32,965 bases of DNA. Source: Candidatus Heimdallarchaeota archaeon. Its GTDB lineage: Archaea; Asgardarchaeota; Heimdallarchaeia; Heimdallarchaeales; Kariarchaeaceae. The position numbers were made by a program, and so were the translations under genes. The stretch is from NCBI GenBank assembly GCA_015523565.1, contig WAKA01000121.1, positions 1 through 32,965 of the forward strand, written 5' to 3'. Positions 17,846-27,391 of the stretch are shown in pieces; position 1 is the stretch's first letter, and each line of letters begins with the position of its first letter. Under the pieces are notes generated by a model. It worked only from the letters and a program-made list of their open reading frames with translations, ran no database searches and was not told where the DNA came from.

Positions 17846-18546
17846 GATTCAAAACCGTGCTTTCCAACCAGTTTCACAAACTGAACTGCCATGAGTTCTT
17901 CTATTTCAATTGAGGGGTATTTGACATTCGCTTCCAAATATTTCTCATATGCTCCTCGGTTCATTTCTCCAGAATTTAGACGTCTGACCTTAAGTAATGT
18001 TTGGAAATAACCGTCTTGTACAGGAATAATCATGATGCCACCGTCCTTGAGTTGCCAACATAATGGGGCGGGAATGAATGGTCCTGCCGCGGTAACAATG
18101 ATTTTGTCAAATTTTTGCTCTTTCAATCCCTCGGTGCCATCACCAAATACAATCTCATAATTATTTGGTAGTTTGATTTTTGAAAGATTCTGTTTGGCAA
18201 AATCAATCAAATCCCTTATTCTTTCTATGGAAACGACTTTTCCTTCATTTCCAACAAGAATCGACAAAATTGCTGTATTATATCCAGAACCAGTCCCCAC
18301 CTCCAGAACCTTCTCACCTTTCCTTATTGTGGCGGCACATAACATCATTAATATCATATGAGGGGCGGAGGTAGTTTGACCTGAAAGAATTGGAACTGCA
18401 TGATCCATTTCTGCCCTTTTCTTCTCATGGGATGGAACAAATAGCTTCCTGTCAACTTTTTCCATTGCATCGACAACTTCAGGCATAACCCCAATTCCTG
18501 ATTGTTGGCATTTCCAAATTGCCTCTTGCAAATAAGGCTTCATCAA
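17842..18546 (-). CDS. pcm: Protein-L-isoaspartate O-methyltransferase
   Basis: VDRKLFVP, GQTTSAPHM, VLEVGTGSGY, FDKIIVTAA, QLKDGGIMIIPV and FVKLVG. Confidence 0.95.
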   Translation of the reverse strand: MMKPYLQEAIWKCQQSGIGVMPEVVDAMEKVDRKLFVPSHEKKRAEMDHAVPILSGQTTSAPHMILMMLCAATIRKGEKVLEVGTGSGYNTAILSILVGNEGKVVSIERIRDLIDFAKQNLSKIKLPNNYEIVFGDGTEGLKEQKFDKIIVTAAGPFIPAPLCWQLKDGGIMIIPVQDGYFQTLLKVRRLNSGEMNRGAYEKYLEANVKYPSIEIEELMAVQFVKLVGKHGFES

Positions 18547-18637
18547 ATATATTATTTTGAATAATTTACTTTTATTTTTTGGATTCCTGTCATTTTGAAA
18601 ACATCATATGTTAAAAGTCTCCCGTTAACAGGAATAT

Positions 18638-19471
18638 GTGAAGCTTTTTCCAAATACCATTGAAGGACTAATTTGGGGCATGAACAATTTTGATGGCATA
18701 GAAACGGACATACGATTGACAAGAGACAACAAGCTTGTAATCCATCATGATCCTGTACTGTCCTCTGGAAAAATGATTGCATCATTGACAAAACAGGAAC
18801 TTGTTGATGCAGGCATACCCGCATTTGAGAACTTCATCTACAACAAGGAAGTTGAATCACTTGTTCAAAAAGGGAAAAGGGCTTTAATTGAACTAAAGCC
18901 CAATTGCAGAGGTACAATCGCCATATCAGATGAAATTGCCAAAACCTTTTCAAAGGAGATAGATGAACTTCTTGCTTCAGCAAACTTTTCAACCGATCAA
19001 ATCACGTTTATCTCCTTTTCAGAAAAACTCTTGAAGCCTCTAGTTGATAGGTACAAGTGTGCACCCTTACTGCCAGCACTTAATGAATGCAAGGTTAAAC
19101 AAATTTCTGGTTTTACAAAGTTGAGACTATTCGGCAAATTCTTTGCAAAAAGACTTCCAAGCTACATGAAATATGCAAAAAACGAGGGATTTATAGGCAC
19201 TTATGTAGCTCGTGAATACTTTTTGGGAATTCTTTCATCCTATCACGGTAGGTATAAGAAAAAACTGGAACTTGCAAAATCACTCGATTTCGAACTGGGA
19301 ACAAACCTTGGAACAAGTAAATTGGAGCCAGATTTTCCAGAACTGTTGCGTGTAACTGATGACACTTCAATTTTCCCAAGATATTCCAAAAAAGACGAGG
19401 GTTCCATAATTGCCCATCGAGGAACGGGAACAAAAGGTGTCGAACTCAGCTCATTAGATGGAAAACCCTAG
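18638..19471 (+). CDS. Glycerophosphodiester phosphodiesterase family protein, circularly permuted
   Basis: PNT...DGIETDIRLTRDNKLVIHHD and IELK near the N-terminus; ISF; RVTDD; IIAHRG at aa 257-262. Confidence 0.85.
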   Translation: MKLFPNTIEGLIWGMNNFDGIETDIRLTRDNKLVIHHDPVLSSGKMIASLTKQELVDAGIPAFENFIYNKEVESLVQKGKRALIELKPNCRGTIAISDEIAKTFSKEIDELLASANFSTDQITFISFSEKLLKPLVDRYKCAPLLPALNECKVKQISGFTKLRLFGKFFAKRLPSYMKYAKNEGFIGTYVAREYFLGILSSYHGRYKKKLELAKSLDFELGTNLGTSKLEPDFPELLRVTDDTSIFPRYSKKDEGSIIAHRGTGTKGVELSSLDGKP

Positions 19472-20152
19472 TTCTATAGCATCATAAATCAGGAAAGTCC
19501 CAACAGCCACAATAATAAGTCCAGTGATTATTGGCAAGTATTTGAAAATCTTTTCCTTGTTTGCCAAGATGTTTTCCTTGATTGAGGGGATCACGGCTCC
19601 CATTAGTACAAATGGTATTCCCGTTCCAATGGCAAAAGCTGTACTTATCAGAATCCCATTGAATACTGTTGCACTATTTATTATTAAGGTAAAAACTGTA
19701 ATGAACAGTATCAGGGCACAAGGTGCCGCCAATACTGCAAAGAAAAGTCCAATTAAAAATGAACCAAGCCATGGATTCTCTGTGCTGGTGATTATGTTCA
19801 CAGTCCAATCTGAAAATCTTGAAAAAACTCCGCCACCAATGTATTTTTTTCCAGCATACAACATTCCCAAAACCACAAGGACAACTCCTTCAGCAAATCT
19901 AAATTTCACATAATTGGGATTAAAAAAATCAAAAAAGAGATTCCTAAACCCCTGCAATAAAATTCCCATGAAAACAAAAACAATCAATACACCAAGTGTC
20001 ACCAAGATGGATGAGATGAAACCATTCTTTCGGCTTGTTTCGGTTCCTGTCAAAAAAGCAAGAAAAGAGGGAAGAACAGGAAACAAACAGGGAGAAAAAC
20101 TAGTGGCAAGACCCAATGTGAATGCCCAAATAAGATCCGTGATGGGAAACAT
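19454..20152 (-). CDS. ccdA: CcdA/DsbD-type transmembrane disulfide reductase
   Basis: FSPCLFPVLP and AAPC redox cysteines in a 6-TM protein. Confidence 0.88.
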   Translation of the reverse strand: MFPITDLIWAFTLGLATSFSPCLFPVLPSFLAFLTGTETSRKNGFISSILVTLGVLIVFVFMGILLQGFRNLFFDFFNPNYVKFRFAEGVVLVVLGMLYAGKKYIGGGVFSRFSDWTVNIITSTENPWLGSFLIGLFFAVLAAPCALILFITVFTLIINSATVFNGILISTAFAIGTGIPFVLMGAVIPSIKENILANKEKIFKYLPIITGLIIVAVGTFLIYDAIELGFSI

Positions 20153-20255
20153 AAGTTAGATCAAAATAATTCTTATTAAATTATTAGTCTTTTTATCTAA
20201 ACAAAACATTTTTACTTGTCATTGCTATAGTTACGATTACTAAATTGGTGAAAAC

Positions 20256-20870
20256 ATGAGGCAACATACAGTACTGCTAATCTTTCTAATCATTCCCTTG
20301 TATCTTCCTGGCAATGCTTTAACTCTCAATAGCAATGGCATCTCTGTTGATTTCTCCTTTCAATTGATTAATGGAACTTTTGTGAACCTTTCTGATTATG
20401 GTGGCGACAAAGTTGTTGTCGTAGATTGGGCGGCTAGTTGGTGCCCCGTTTGCAAGAAAAACCAAAAAGTCATATCTACGATTTATAATGAATACAATGA
20501 CCAAGTTAACTTCATTTCATTAAGTTATGGGGGCTCAGGAGACGAATTATCTGATGTGTTGGAAATGAAAGGAAATTATCCTTGGGATTTCGGTTTGGAC
20601 GTGAACAACGCCGCCAAACAATACAATGTATGGAATGGGTTTGTGTGGGTTCTGGACAAGAATCTTCATATCTCTACAGCTTTTAATTATACAGTTATTA
20701 CAAAAACACAATTGGTTAGCGCCTTAAATGACGTGCTCGAATTGCAAACAACTGTTGAAAACAATGACCAAACTGATCTTGGATTGTTTTCCAACCCTTT
20801 CTTTCTTGGTTTTCTAGCTTTTGTGGGATTTGGTACAATTATTATACTTTTGCAAAAAATCAGGAAATAA
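20256..20870 (+). CDS. Membrane-anchored TlpA/ResA-like thioredoxin
   Basis: Signal peptide, DFSFQLING..VNLSDY, VVDWAASWCPVC, and a C-terminal TM helix with basic tail; divergent from ccdA. Confidence 0.88.
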   Translation: MRQHTVLLIFLIIPLYLPGNALTLNSNGISVDFSFQLINGTFVNLSDYGGDKVVVVDWAASWCPVCKKNQKVISTIYNEYNDQVNFISLSYGGSGDELSDVLEMKGNYPWDFGLDVNNAAKQYNVWNGFVWVLDKNLHISTAFNYTVITKTQLVSALNDVLELQTTVENNDQTDLGLFSNPFFLGFLAFVGFGTIIILLQKIRK

Positions 20871-20985
20871 TTTTAGCAAAGCACTAATTTAAAATAACTT
20901 GCATAATATAAAGAAAAAAAGATAAAGTTTTATTCTTGGAAAAAGAATATCCTTTTTATAGTTATTTTTCGAATCCTAAAACAAT

Positions 20986-21441
20986 ATGTCCAAGAAAGTG
21001 CTTACTCCACTCACACAATACGAAAAATGTTCCATTACGAAAATGATGAATTTAATAAGACCGAAATGGACCATGGAAATCATATTGGAGCTTATGGTGG
21101 CTGGAAATGAATCCTTGTCATTTTCTGATTTTGAAAAGCTCATCGCAGGAATCAATCCACGTATTCTTTCCACACGGCTTGCCTCATTGAGTAGAAAAGG
21201 TATTATTGATAGAATCGTTCCTGACCCACGAACTCCAAAGAAAGTTAGGTATAAATTGAGTGAAAAGGGATATGATTTTATCAATGTAATTATTTCCATG
21301 AGGTCTTGGGCAGTAAAACATCTTGATGTGGATCAAGACTGCAAAGACAATGTTTGCAGACACATGCTGGTAATAAAAGAAAAATACTTGAAACCTGCCA
21401 CAAGGCAAAATGATTTGATTGAAATTTTTGCTCCCCATTAG
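20986..21441 (+). CDS. HxlR family winged-helix transcriptional regulator
   Basis: CSI...IRPKWTMEII, FSDFEKLIAGINPRILSTRLASL and PKKVRYKLSEKG. Confidence 0.9.
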   Translation: MSKKVLTPLTQYEKCSITKMMNLIRPKWTMEIILELMVAGNESLSFSDFEKLIAGINPRILSTRLASLSRKGIIDRIVPDPRTPKKVRYKLSEKGYDFINVIISMRSWAVKHLDVDQDCKDNVCRHMLVIKEKYLKPATRQNDLIEIFAPH

Positions 21442-22220
21442 GACAAACGCTTTGCAATCTCTTGCAGGACTGATGTAGCACGGTCATCAAAAACAACTTT
21501 TGCGTAGTCCAATAGAACAGGGTCTGGATTGATTTCAATCAAGGGGATGTCATGGGCAATTGCTTCACCAACCATCCTATAAGGCAAAGTTGTCTGCAAG
21601 GTGGTACCAACAACAAATACCAAATCTGATTTCTTAAAATGGTTTAAGGATTTATTAATATCAAAAAATCGGTTATCATATATCTCGTCAAACCATAGGA
21701 CATTTGGACGAAGATAACTGCCACATGTCCTGCAAACCAAATTGTCAAGATTTTCGACATTGTCCAGATCAAGCCTTTCAATTTCCAATACATGCTTGTC
21801 AATGGAGAATGTGCTTGAGCATCTGAATTCGAAAATGTTGCCATGGATCTCTGCTACATTGACTGTACCTGCACGTTGATGAAGATTGTCTATGTTTTGG
21901 GTTACAACCAAAAATTTCTTTTGGTGCTTTGTTGCCCATTTTTCAATGTCTGTTATGGCGTAATGACCTGCATTTGGCTTCACCTGCTTGATTGCATGTT
22001 GCCTTTCCTTATACCATTCAAGAACCTCAAGAGGGTGTCTTGAAAAAAAGGCAAAGGTCGCAATATCCTGAGGGGTATAATTTTTTGATCCTTTCACCCA
22101 AAAGCCGTCTTTTCCTCGAAAGGTAGGAATACCACTTTCAGCACTTATCCCTGCACCTGTCAGGAAAGTTATTTGATGAGAGCCTTCAAGTAATGAAATT
22201 GCTGTTTCCAATTTTGACAT
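21438..22220 (-). CDS. cobB: Sir2/CobB NAD-dependent protein deacylase
   Basis: TGAGISAESGIPTFRG, TQNIDNLHQRAG, EIHGN, LRPNVLWFDE, VVGT and EINP. Confidence 0.93.
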   Translation of the reverse strand: MSKLETAISLLEGSHQITFLTGAGISAESGIPTFRGKDGFWVKGSKNYTPQDIATFAFFSRHPLEVLEWYKERQHAIKQVKPNAGHYAITDIEKWATKHQKKFLVVTQNIDNLHQRAGTVNVAEIHGNIFEFRCSSTFSIDKHVLEIERLDLDNVENLDNLVCRTCGSYLRPNVLWFDEIYDNRFFDINKSLNHFKKSDLVFVVGTTLQTTLPYRMVGEAIAHDIPLIEINPDPVLLDYAKVVFDDRATSVLQEIAKRLS

Positions 22221-22375
22221 TATTCAATTTTCAATAGACTTTCTTATAATAACCTAAGTTTTCTTGAAATAGAATTTGAGGATATTATTTTAAATTTGGA
22301 GCAAATCCACTTTCCGTACTCCATTAATTTGTAGGAAAGTTTATCATTTCAAGGTTCTATACATCTTGAGGTCCA

Positions 22376-22705
22376 ATGTACCGAGACAGAGAGGAAGTCT
22401 TCATCCATATCAAGAAACTATGTGACAATTTGCAGGCAATTGCATTGGAGGATGATCAAATTACAGATGATGAACAAGCTATCTTGGATATTGTCAACAA
22501 TGCAATTCAAAACTTGGAAGAACAAACAATTCAAATCTTTGAATCAGAACTTGATAACGACGAATTTTCAGACTTATTGATGGAAATCTTCAATGACATT
22601 GTGAAAAATGTAGTCAATACCGCAAAACTTGACGGAGTGATTACATCTGATGAACAAAAGCTGATCGATAGAATAAGACAATTTATTTCTGAGGAGCTGT
22701 CATAA
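22376..22705 (+). CDS. Small acidic protein with two TerB-like D-[GD]-x-I-T-x-D-E motifs
   Basis: EDDQITDDEQAIL and LDGVITSDEQKLI; abuts the next gene (stop 22705, ATG 22706). Confidence 0.7.
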   Translation: MYRDREEVFIHIKKLCDNLQAIALEDDQITDDEQAILDIVNNAIQNLEEQTIQIFESELDNDEFSDLLMEIFNDIVKNVVNTAKLDGVITSDEQKLIDRIRQFISEELS

Positions 22706-23434
22706 ATGGAAACAAAAGGAAAAGTCAAACCCAAACTGCAACTTGCCAAAATCATTGCAGACAAAAGAGAGACAAGGGATACCAGAACATTGAGATTGAA
22801 GCTATCAGACCCATTTGACTGGAGACCTGGGCAATTTATCATGGTTAAGGCAGAAATCAATGGTCAAACAGTAAGCAGGGCTTATTCAATATCCTCATCC
22901 CCCACAAGAAAAGATTATCTGGAAATTACCGTAAAACAAACGGAAAATCCAACCATGAGCAAATACTTGAATGAAATTCCAGTAGGATACATGCTTGCCG
23001 TAAAGGGACCCTATGGAAAATTCATTTGGGATGAGACAGTATCTGACAAGCTTTTTTGTCTCGCAGCAGGAAGTGGAATCACCCCATTTCGGGCTTTTAT
23101 GCAGTATATTATCGATAAGGATTTGGATACCAAATTCAAGCTTCTCTATTCATCTCGATATGGTGATGATGTCATATTTGAAAAAGAACTTAGGGAACTT
23201 TCATCCCAAATGAAAAATGCCCATTATGAACTTTCCATTACAAGGGACAAAAAAGGATTGGACTATGTAAGGGAAGGTCGTATCAATAAGGAATATCTCC
23301 AAGAACAACTTAAGGGATTTGAAGATGCACCAGTCTATATTTGTGGATCACCTTCATTCATAAAAGGCATGATCGACAATTTGCTTGAATTAGGCATTCC
23401 AAGGGATAGAATCAAAAGAGAACAATGGGGATAA
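22706..23434 (+). CDS. Ferredoxin-NADP reductase-like FAD/NAD(P)-binding oxidoreductase
   Basis: PGQF, RAYSISS, MSKYL, GPYGKF, AAGSGITPF, YICGSP and terminal EQW. Confidence 0.92.
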   Translation: METKGKVKPKLQLAKIIADKRETRDTRTLRLKLSDPFDWRPGQFIMVKAEINGQTVSRAYSISSSPTRKDYLEITVKQTENPTMSKYLNEIPVGYMLAVKGPYGKFIWDETVSDKLFCLAAGSGITPFRAFMQYIIDKDLDTKFKLLYSSRYGDDVIFEKELRELSSQMKNAHYELSITRDKKGLDYVREGRINKEYLQEQLKGFEDAPVYICGSPSFIKGMIDNLLELGIPRDRIKREQWG

Positions 23435-23481
23435 GCATTATTTAAACAAATAGTTAAATATTACGGAAATATATTTTTTAT

Positions 23482-25200
23482 GTGAATTTGCCTTATGAGC
23501 AAATGCTCCTCAAAAAATTGAACATGGGGATGCGCTTCGCAGAGGCAAGTAATAACGAGAATGACAAACAGTTTTTTCTTTGGAAATCCCGTTTTGCATT
23601 CAATTTATCACAACCCAATGAATTGCTTGAATCCATCTTAAGGTATTTGAGCGATATTGATAGCACACATCCAGATTTTTTGGAAGCACATTTATTGAAA
23701 ACCTTAGGCTATGCACTTAATACACAACTTAGAGAATTTGATTGTGCAATCCAAATGATCCATGAGATACCCATTCATCAAGATTCAGATAGGGAATACG
23801 TCAAGGGCTTGAAACTTTTTACTCTCGGTATTCGAGAATTAATTTACGGGAACTTTCCCACTGCGTACAAGTATCTGAAAGAATCCAACTCTACACTAAA
23901 GGACAAAAAACATTTATGGCTTCTTCTAAAGTCTGAAATTAATGCAGGAACCACATCCTTGTACCTTAACAATATATCGGAAGCTTTGGATCATTACAGG
24001 AATGTAATAGATTATGCAAATGCTGTTCAAAATCCAATCATTGAATTCAAGGGTCACTTATATCTTATTTCCACCTTCCTCCAAGTTGGCATGTTGAAAG
24101 AATGTCTCGATCATGACAAGAAATACAACCCCCTAGAGAAATGCAAAACCAAGGATAATGTAGATGAAATCAATTACTATTTTTCCATGAGTCAGTGCAA
24201 TAAATTTTTAGGAAACTTTGAATTAAGCGCCAACCAATTGAAAAAGGCATATGATCTTGCCAAAACGTATGCTGACAAACAGATGCTTCCTCCTATCCTT
24301 TCTGAACTGGCCATGTTTTATTTTGAAAATGGTCAGCTTTCATTGGCATCCAAAATGATAAACATGGCACTCTCATTTTCAGAAAACATTTCAACTGAAT
24401 TGTTATTTATTATAGGATATCGAAAATCGCTGATTGAGCAGGAATTGAAAGGTGAATTCATCATCAATGAAATTGAGAAGAATAGGCTGATCAACTTGTC
24501 ACAAAAACTTTCTTTCGACTTATACTTGCCTGAAACACTTTTTCAAATTGCATTGGTGTTGATGGACCTCAATATTCCTGAATTGGAAAATCATAAGAAA
24601 GAAATTCTTGAGACATATAAGAAAAAGTTTGTGGATGTTGATTTAGGAACCCTTTCTGCAAAACCTAAACTTTTACAGGCAATGTACTGCATTTCGACAC
24701 CTACACTTGAAAATTTGGTCAAGGGGAAAGAAGTTGTAAATCAACTTATTTCAAACAATTACGAGGATATACGGATTGTCAAGTTTTTACATCTCTTGAA
24801 AGTTAGGTATCTTCTGAAAGATTATCAGTTCCAACCCAATGAAAAAACAAAATTGGAAATCCTGAATTTTATTGAAAAAATGAATCAAATTTGCAAAACC
24901 TATTGCTCAAAACAGTTTCAGTTGCATTGGTTTATTTTACTCTCACAGGTTCATTGGTTGTTCATGGACGCAAAATCAAGCATTGCCTTGCTTGACAAGG
25001 CCATTGATTTGGCCAACAAAAATGGGATGAAAGTCCAAGAAAACCTTGCCAGAAAAGAAAAACAAAAATTGCTTGATGAACTTCTCAAATGGGACGAGGT
25101 ATCTGAATCACTTAAAGATGAACTAAAGAAGCACAAGAAAAAATCCTTGGTTCAATATACTGAAAGAGTCTCAAAAATTGTTTCACAACTGTGGGGATAA
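23482..25200 (+). CDS. Tetratricopeptide-repeat (helical repeat) protein
   Basis: TPR-like repeats (GNFPTAYKYLKES, NNISEALDHYRNV, GNFELSANQLKKA, GQLSLASKMINMA); GTG start. Confidence 0.8.
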   Translation: MNLPYEQMLLKKLNMGMRFAEASNNENDKQFFLWKSRFAFNLSQPNELLESILRYLSDIDSTHPDFLEAHLLKTLGYALNTQLREFDCAIQMIHEIPIHQDSDREYVKGLKLFTLGIRELIYGNFPTAYKYLKESNSTLKDKKHLWLLLKSEINAGTTSLYLNNISEALDHYRNVIDYANAVQNPIIEFKGHLYLISTFLQVGMLKECLDHDKKYNPLEKCKTKDNVDEINYYFSMSQCNKFLGNFELSANQLKKAYDLAKTYADKQMLPPILSELAMFYFENGQLSLASKMINMALSFSENISTELLFIIGYRKSLIEQELKGEFIINEIEKNRLINLSQKLSFDLYLPETLFQIALVLMDLNIPELENHKKEILETYKKKFVDVDLGTLSAKPKLLQAMYCISTPTLENLVKGKEVVNQLISNNYEDIRIVKFLHLLKVRYLLKDYQFQPNEKTKLEILNFIEKMNQICKTYCSKQFQLHWFILLSQVHWLFMDAKSSIALLDKAIDLANKNGMKVQENLARKEKQKLLDELLKWDEVSESLKDELKKHKKKSLVQYTERVSKIVSQLWG

Positions 25201-25210
25201 GATTGACCCA

Positions 25211-25230
25211 TTTTTTCTAAATTTTTTTTC
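25211..25230 (+). terminator. Oligo-T terminator-like tract after the TPR gene
   Basis: ttttttctaaattttttttc 10 nt downstream of the stop codon. Confidence 0.4.
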
Positions 25231-25319
25231 AGCAATTTCGGAGAAGATATAAACCTATAGTCTATGGAAGCTTGTATAAACCTGAGACTATACTCAGATT
25301 TTTTTATTGGTGTAAAAAA

Positions 25320-26399
25320 ATGAAAGTTCAACGATTACAAATTCTAGATGATGATGGCAAGTTGCTAAATCCAGACCTTGAACCAAATATTCCAAAAGAA
25401 ACATTGATACGAGCTCTTGAGACAATGGTTCAGGTTAGGTTGCTTGATGAAAAGGGAATCAGATTGCAGAGGCAGGGGAAAGTAACATTCCATATTTTCA
25501 CAAAAGGACAAGAGGCACATGTTGCGGCGGCACTTGCCCTTTCTGATGATGATTGGGTATACCCCGCCTATAGGGAGCATGGAATTGCTCTGTTCAGGGG
25601 ATTTTCACTGGAAGACCTAGTAAATCATTTGTTTGCAAACATTAAGGACAAGGAAAAAGGCAGACGGCTTCCAGGTCTTTTTGGTAGCTTAAAACATAAT
25701 TTTGTAAATCCTTCTGCACCAATAGGCACTCAGATCATTCAAGCGGCAGGAACAGCTTATGCAATGAAAATGCAGAAAGAGGAAAAAGTCACTGCTGTTT
25801 TCTTTGGGGATGGTGCCAGCTCTTCAAACGATTTCCACTCAGGATTGAACTTTGGTGGTGTCACCAAGTCTCCAGTAATATTTATTTGCCAAAACAATCA
25901 GTGGGCAATTTCTGTCCCGTTCAGAAGACAAACTGCCGCAGAGAACATTGTTGATAGGGCAAAAGGATATGGAATAGAGGGCATACAAATAGATGGAAAT
26001 GATTTCTTGGCCTTTTATACAGCAGTCAAACAAGCGAGAGAAAGGGCTTTACGAGGAGAAGGTCCTACACTTATTGAATCAATAACCTATCGTGTGACCC
26101 CCCATACCTCCTCCGACGACCCGAAAGCATACAGGTCTGAAGAAGAGGTCAAAAAATGGGAACAAAAAGATCCAATCAAGAGATTCAAGAATTACTTGAT
26201 TGGCAAGAAATACATTTCTGAAAAAGACTATGAGAAAATGGTGGAAAGAAACAGTGAACTTCTTGATGAACTTATAGATAAAGCAGAAACACTTCCAAAA
26301 CCAGGTCTTTCAACACTTTTCGATGATGTGTTTGAAACCATTCCACCGTACCTGCTGGAAGAAAAAGAAGAACTGTTGGAATTTTATAAGGAGGCATAA
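25320..26399 (+). CDS. 2-oxoacid dehydrogenase E1 alpha subunit (branched-chain type likely)
   Basis: LQRQG, GQEA, YREH, TPP motif GDGASS...NNQWAIS and PHTSSDDP. ATG at 25320 is preferred to the ORF-track TTG. Confidence 0.93.
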   Translation: MKVQRLQILDDDGKLLNPDLEPNIPKETLIRALETMVQVRLLDEKGIRLQRQGKVTFHIFTKGQEAHVAAALALSDDDWVYPAYREHGIALFRGFSLEDLVNHLFANIKDKEKGRRLPGLFGSLKHNFVNPSAPIGTQIIQAAGTAYAMKMQKEEKVTAVFFGDGASSSNDFHSGLNFGGVTKSPVIFICQNNQWAISVPFRRQTAAENIVDRAKGYGIEGIQIDGNDFLAFYTAVKQARERALRGEGPTLIESITYRVTPHTSSDDPKAYRSEEEVKKWEQKDPIKRFKNYLIGKKYISEKDYEKMVERNSELLDELIDKAETLPKPGLSTLFDDVFETIPPYLLEEKEELLEFYKEA

Positions 26400-26403
26400 T
26401 GAC

Positions 26404-27381
26404 ATGGTAGAAACAAACATGGTTGGCGCTATAAATATGGCATTGAGGGAAGAAATGGAACGTGATGAAAGTGTCGTCGTTCTAGGAGAGGATGTTGGAA
26501 AAGATGGTGGTGTATTTAAAGTCACAGCTGGCTTGATAGACAAATTTGGTCCTGAGAGAATTCTTGACACTCCCTTGAATGAAAGCGGAATAATAGGTTT
26601 TGCAGTGGGTATGGCATTGAAAGGAATGAGACCTGTCGCTGAAATTCAGTTCATTGACTTCATATGGCCTGCGGCTGACCAAATCATTTCTGAGGCGGCA
26701 AAATTCAGATACAGAAGCGGTGGAGAATTTACGGTACCTATGGTGATTAGATCCCCCTATGGTGGTGGTGTCAAGGGAGCACATTATCATAGCCAATCTC
26801 CAGAATCCATTTTTGCCCATACAGCAGGCATAAAAATTGCTGTTCCAAGCAACCCCTATGAAGCTAAAGGTCTATTGCTTTCTGCAATAAGAGATCCCGA
26901 TCCTGTCCTTTTCATGGAACCGAAACGAATTTACCGTGCATTTACCCAAGAAGTGCCTGAAGGTGAATATACTATTCCATTGGGCGAAGCAGATGTTGTC
27001 AGGGAAGGATCTGATGTCACCTTAGTATCCTATGGCTCAATGTTGCATGTAACGTTGGATGCTGCGCTGATGGCAGAAGAACAGCACGGCATCAGTTGTG
27101 AAGTCATTAATCTTAGATCAATTGTCCCATTGGATATTGAGACAATAGGGAGGTCTGTAACTAAAACTGGACGTTTCATCAGTGTTTCTGAAGCTCCAAG
27201 AACGGCAGGATTTAGTGCTGAATTGTCTGCCTTGGTTGCGGAACGTTGGATAGAATATATGGAATCCCCAATTTTCAGAGTGACAGGATATGACACTCCT
27301 TTCCCAATGATACTTGAAAGCCAATACCTACCAACACCAGAAAGGGTTCTCGCCAAAATTGTCGAGTCTTATAATTACTGA
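26404..27381 (+). CDS. 2-oxoacid dehydrogenase E1 beta subunit
   Basis: GEDVGKDGGVF, DTPLNESG, EIQF and GGGVKGAHYHSQS (BCKDH-like); AGGAGG ribosome-binding site upstream of ATG 26404. Confidence 0.94.
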   Translation: MVETNMVGAINMALREEMERDESVVVLGEDVGKDGGVFKVTAGLIDKFGPERILDTPLNESGIIGFAVGMALKGMRPVAEIQFIDFIWPAADQIISEAAKFRYRSGGEFTVPMVIRSPYGGGVKGAHYHSQSPESIFAHTAGIKIAVPSNPYEAKGLLLSAIRDPDPVLFMEPKRIYRAFTQEVPEGEYTIPLGEADVVREGSDVTLVSYGSMLHVTLDAALMAEEQHGISCEVINLRSIVPLDIETIGRSVTKTGRFISVSEAPRTAGFSAELSALVAERWIEYMESPIFRVTGYDTPFPMILESQYLPTPERVLAKIVESYNY

Positions 27382-27391
27382 GGGATTGAAA

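Noticed and set aside
21438-22220. Sir2 as an anti-phage (Thoeris/DSR-type) NADase
   Set aside because: It has canonical CobB deacylase motifs and length, with no defence partner genes adjacent.
25272-25319. N-terminal extensions in the ORF track for E1a, E1b (26323), E2 (27314), the dehydrogenase (28700) and E3 (30100)
   Set aside because: Family homology begins at downstream ATGs; the extensions overlap upstream genes or promoters.
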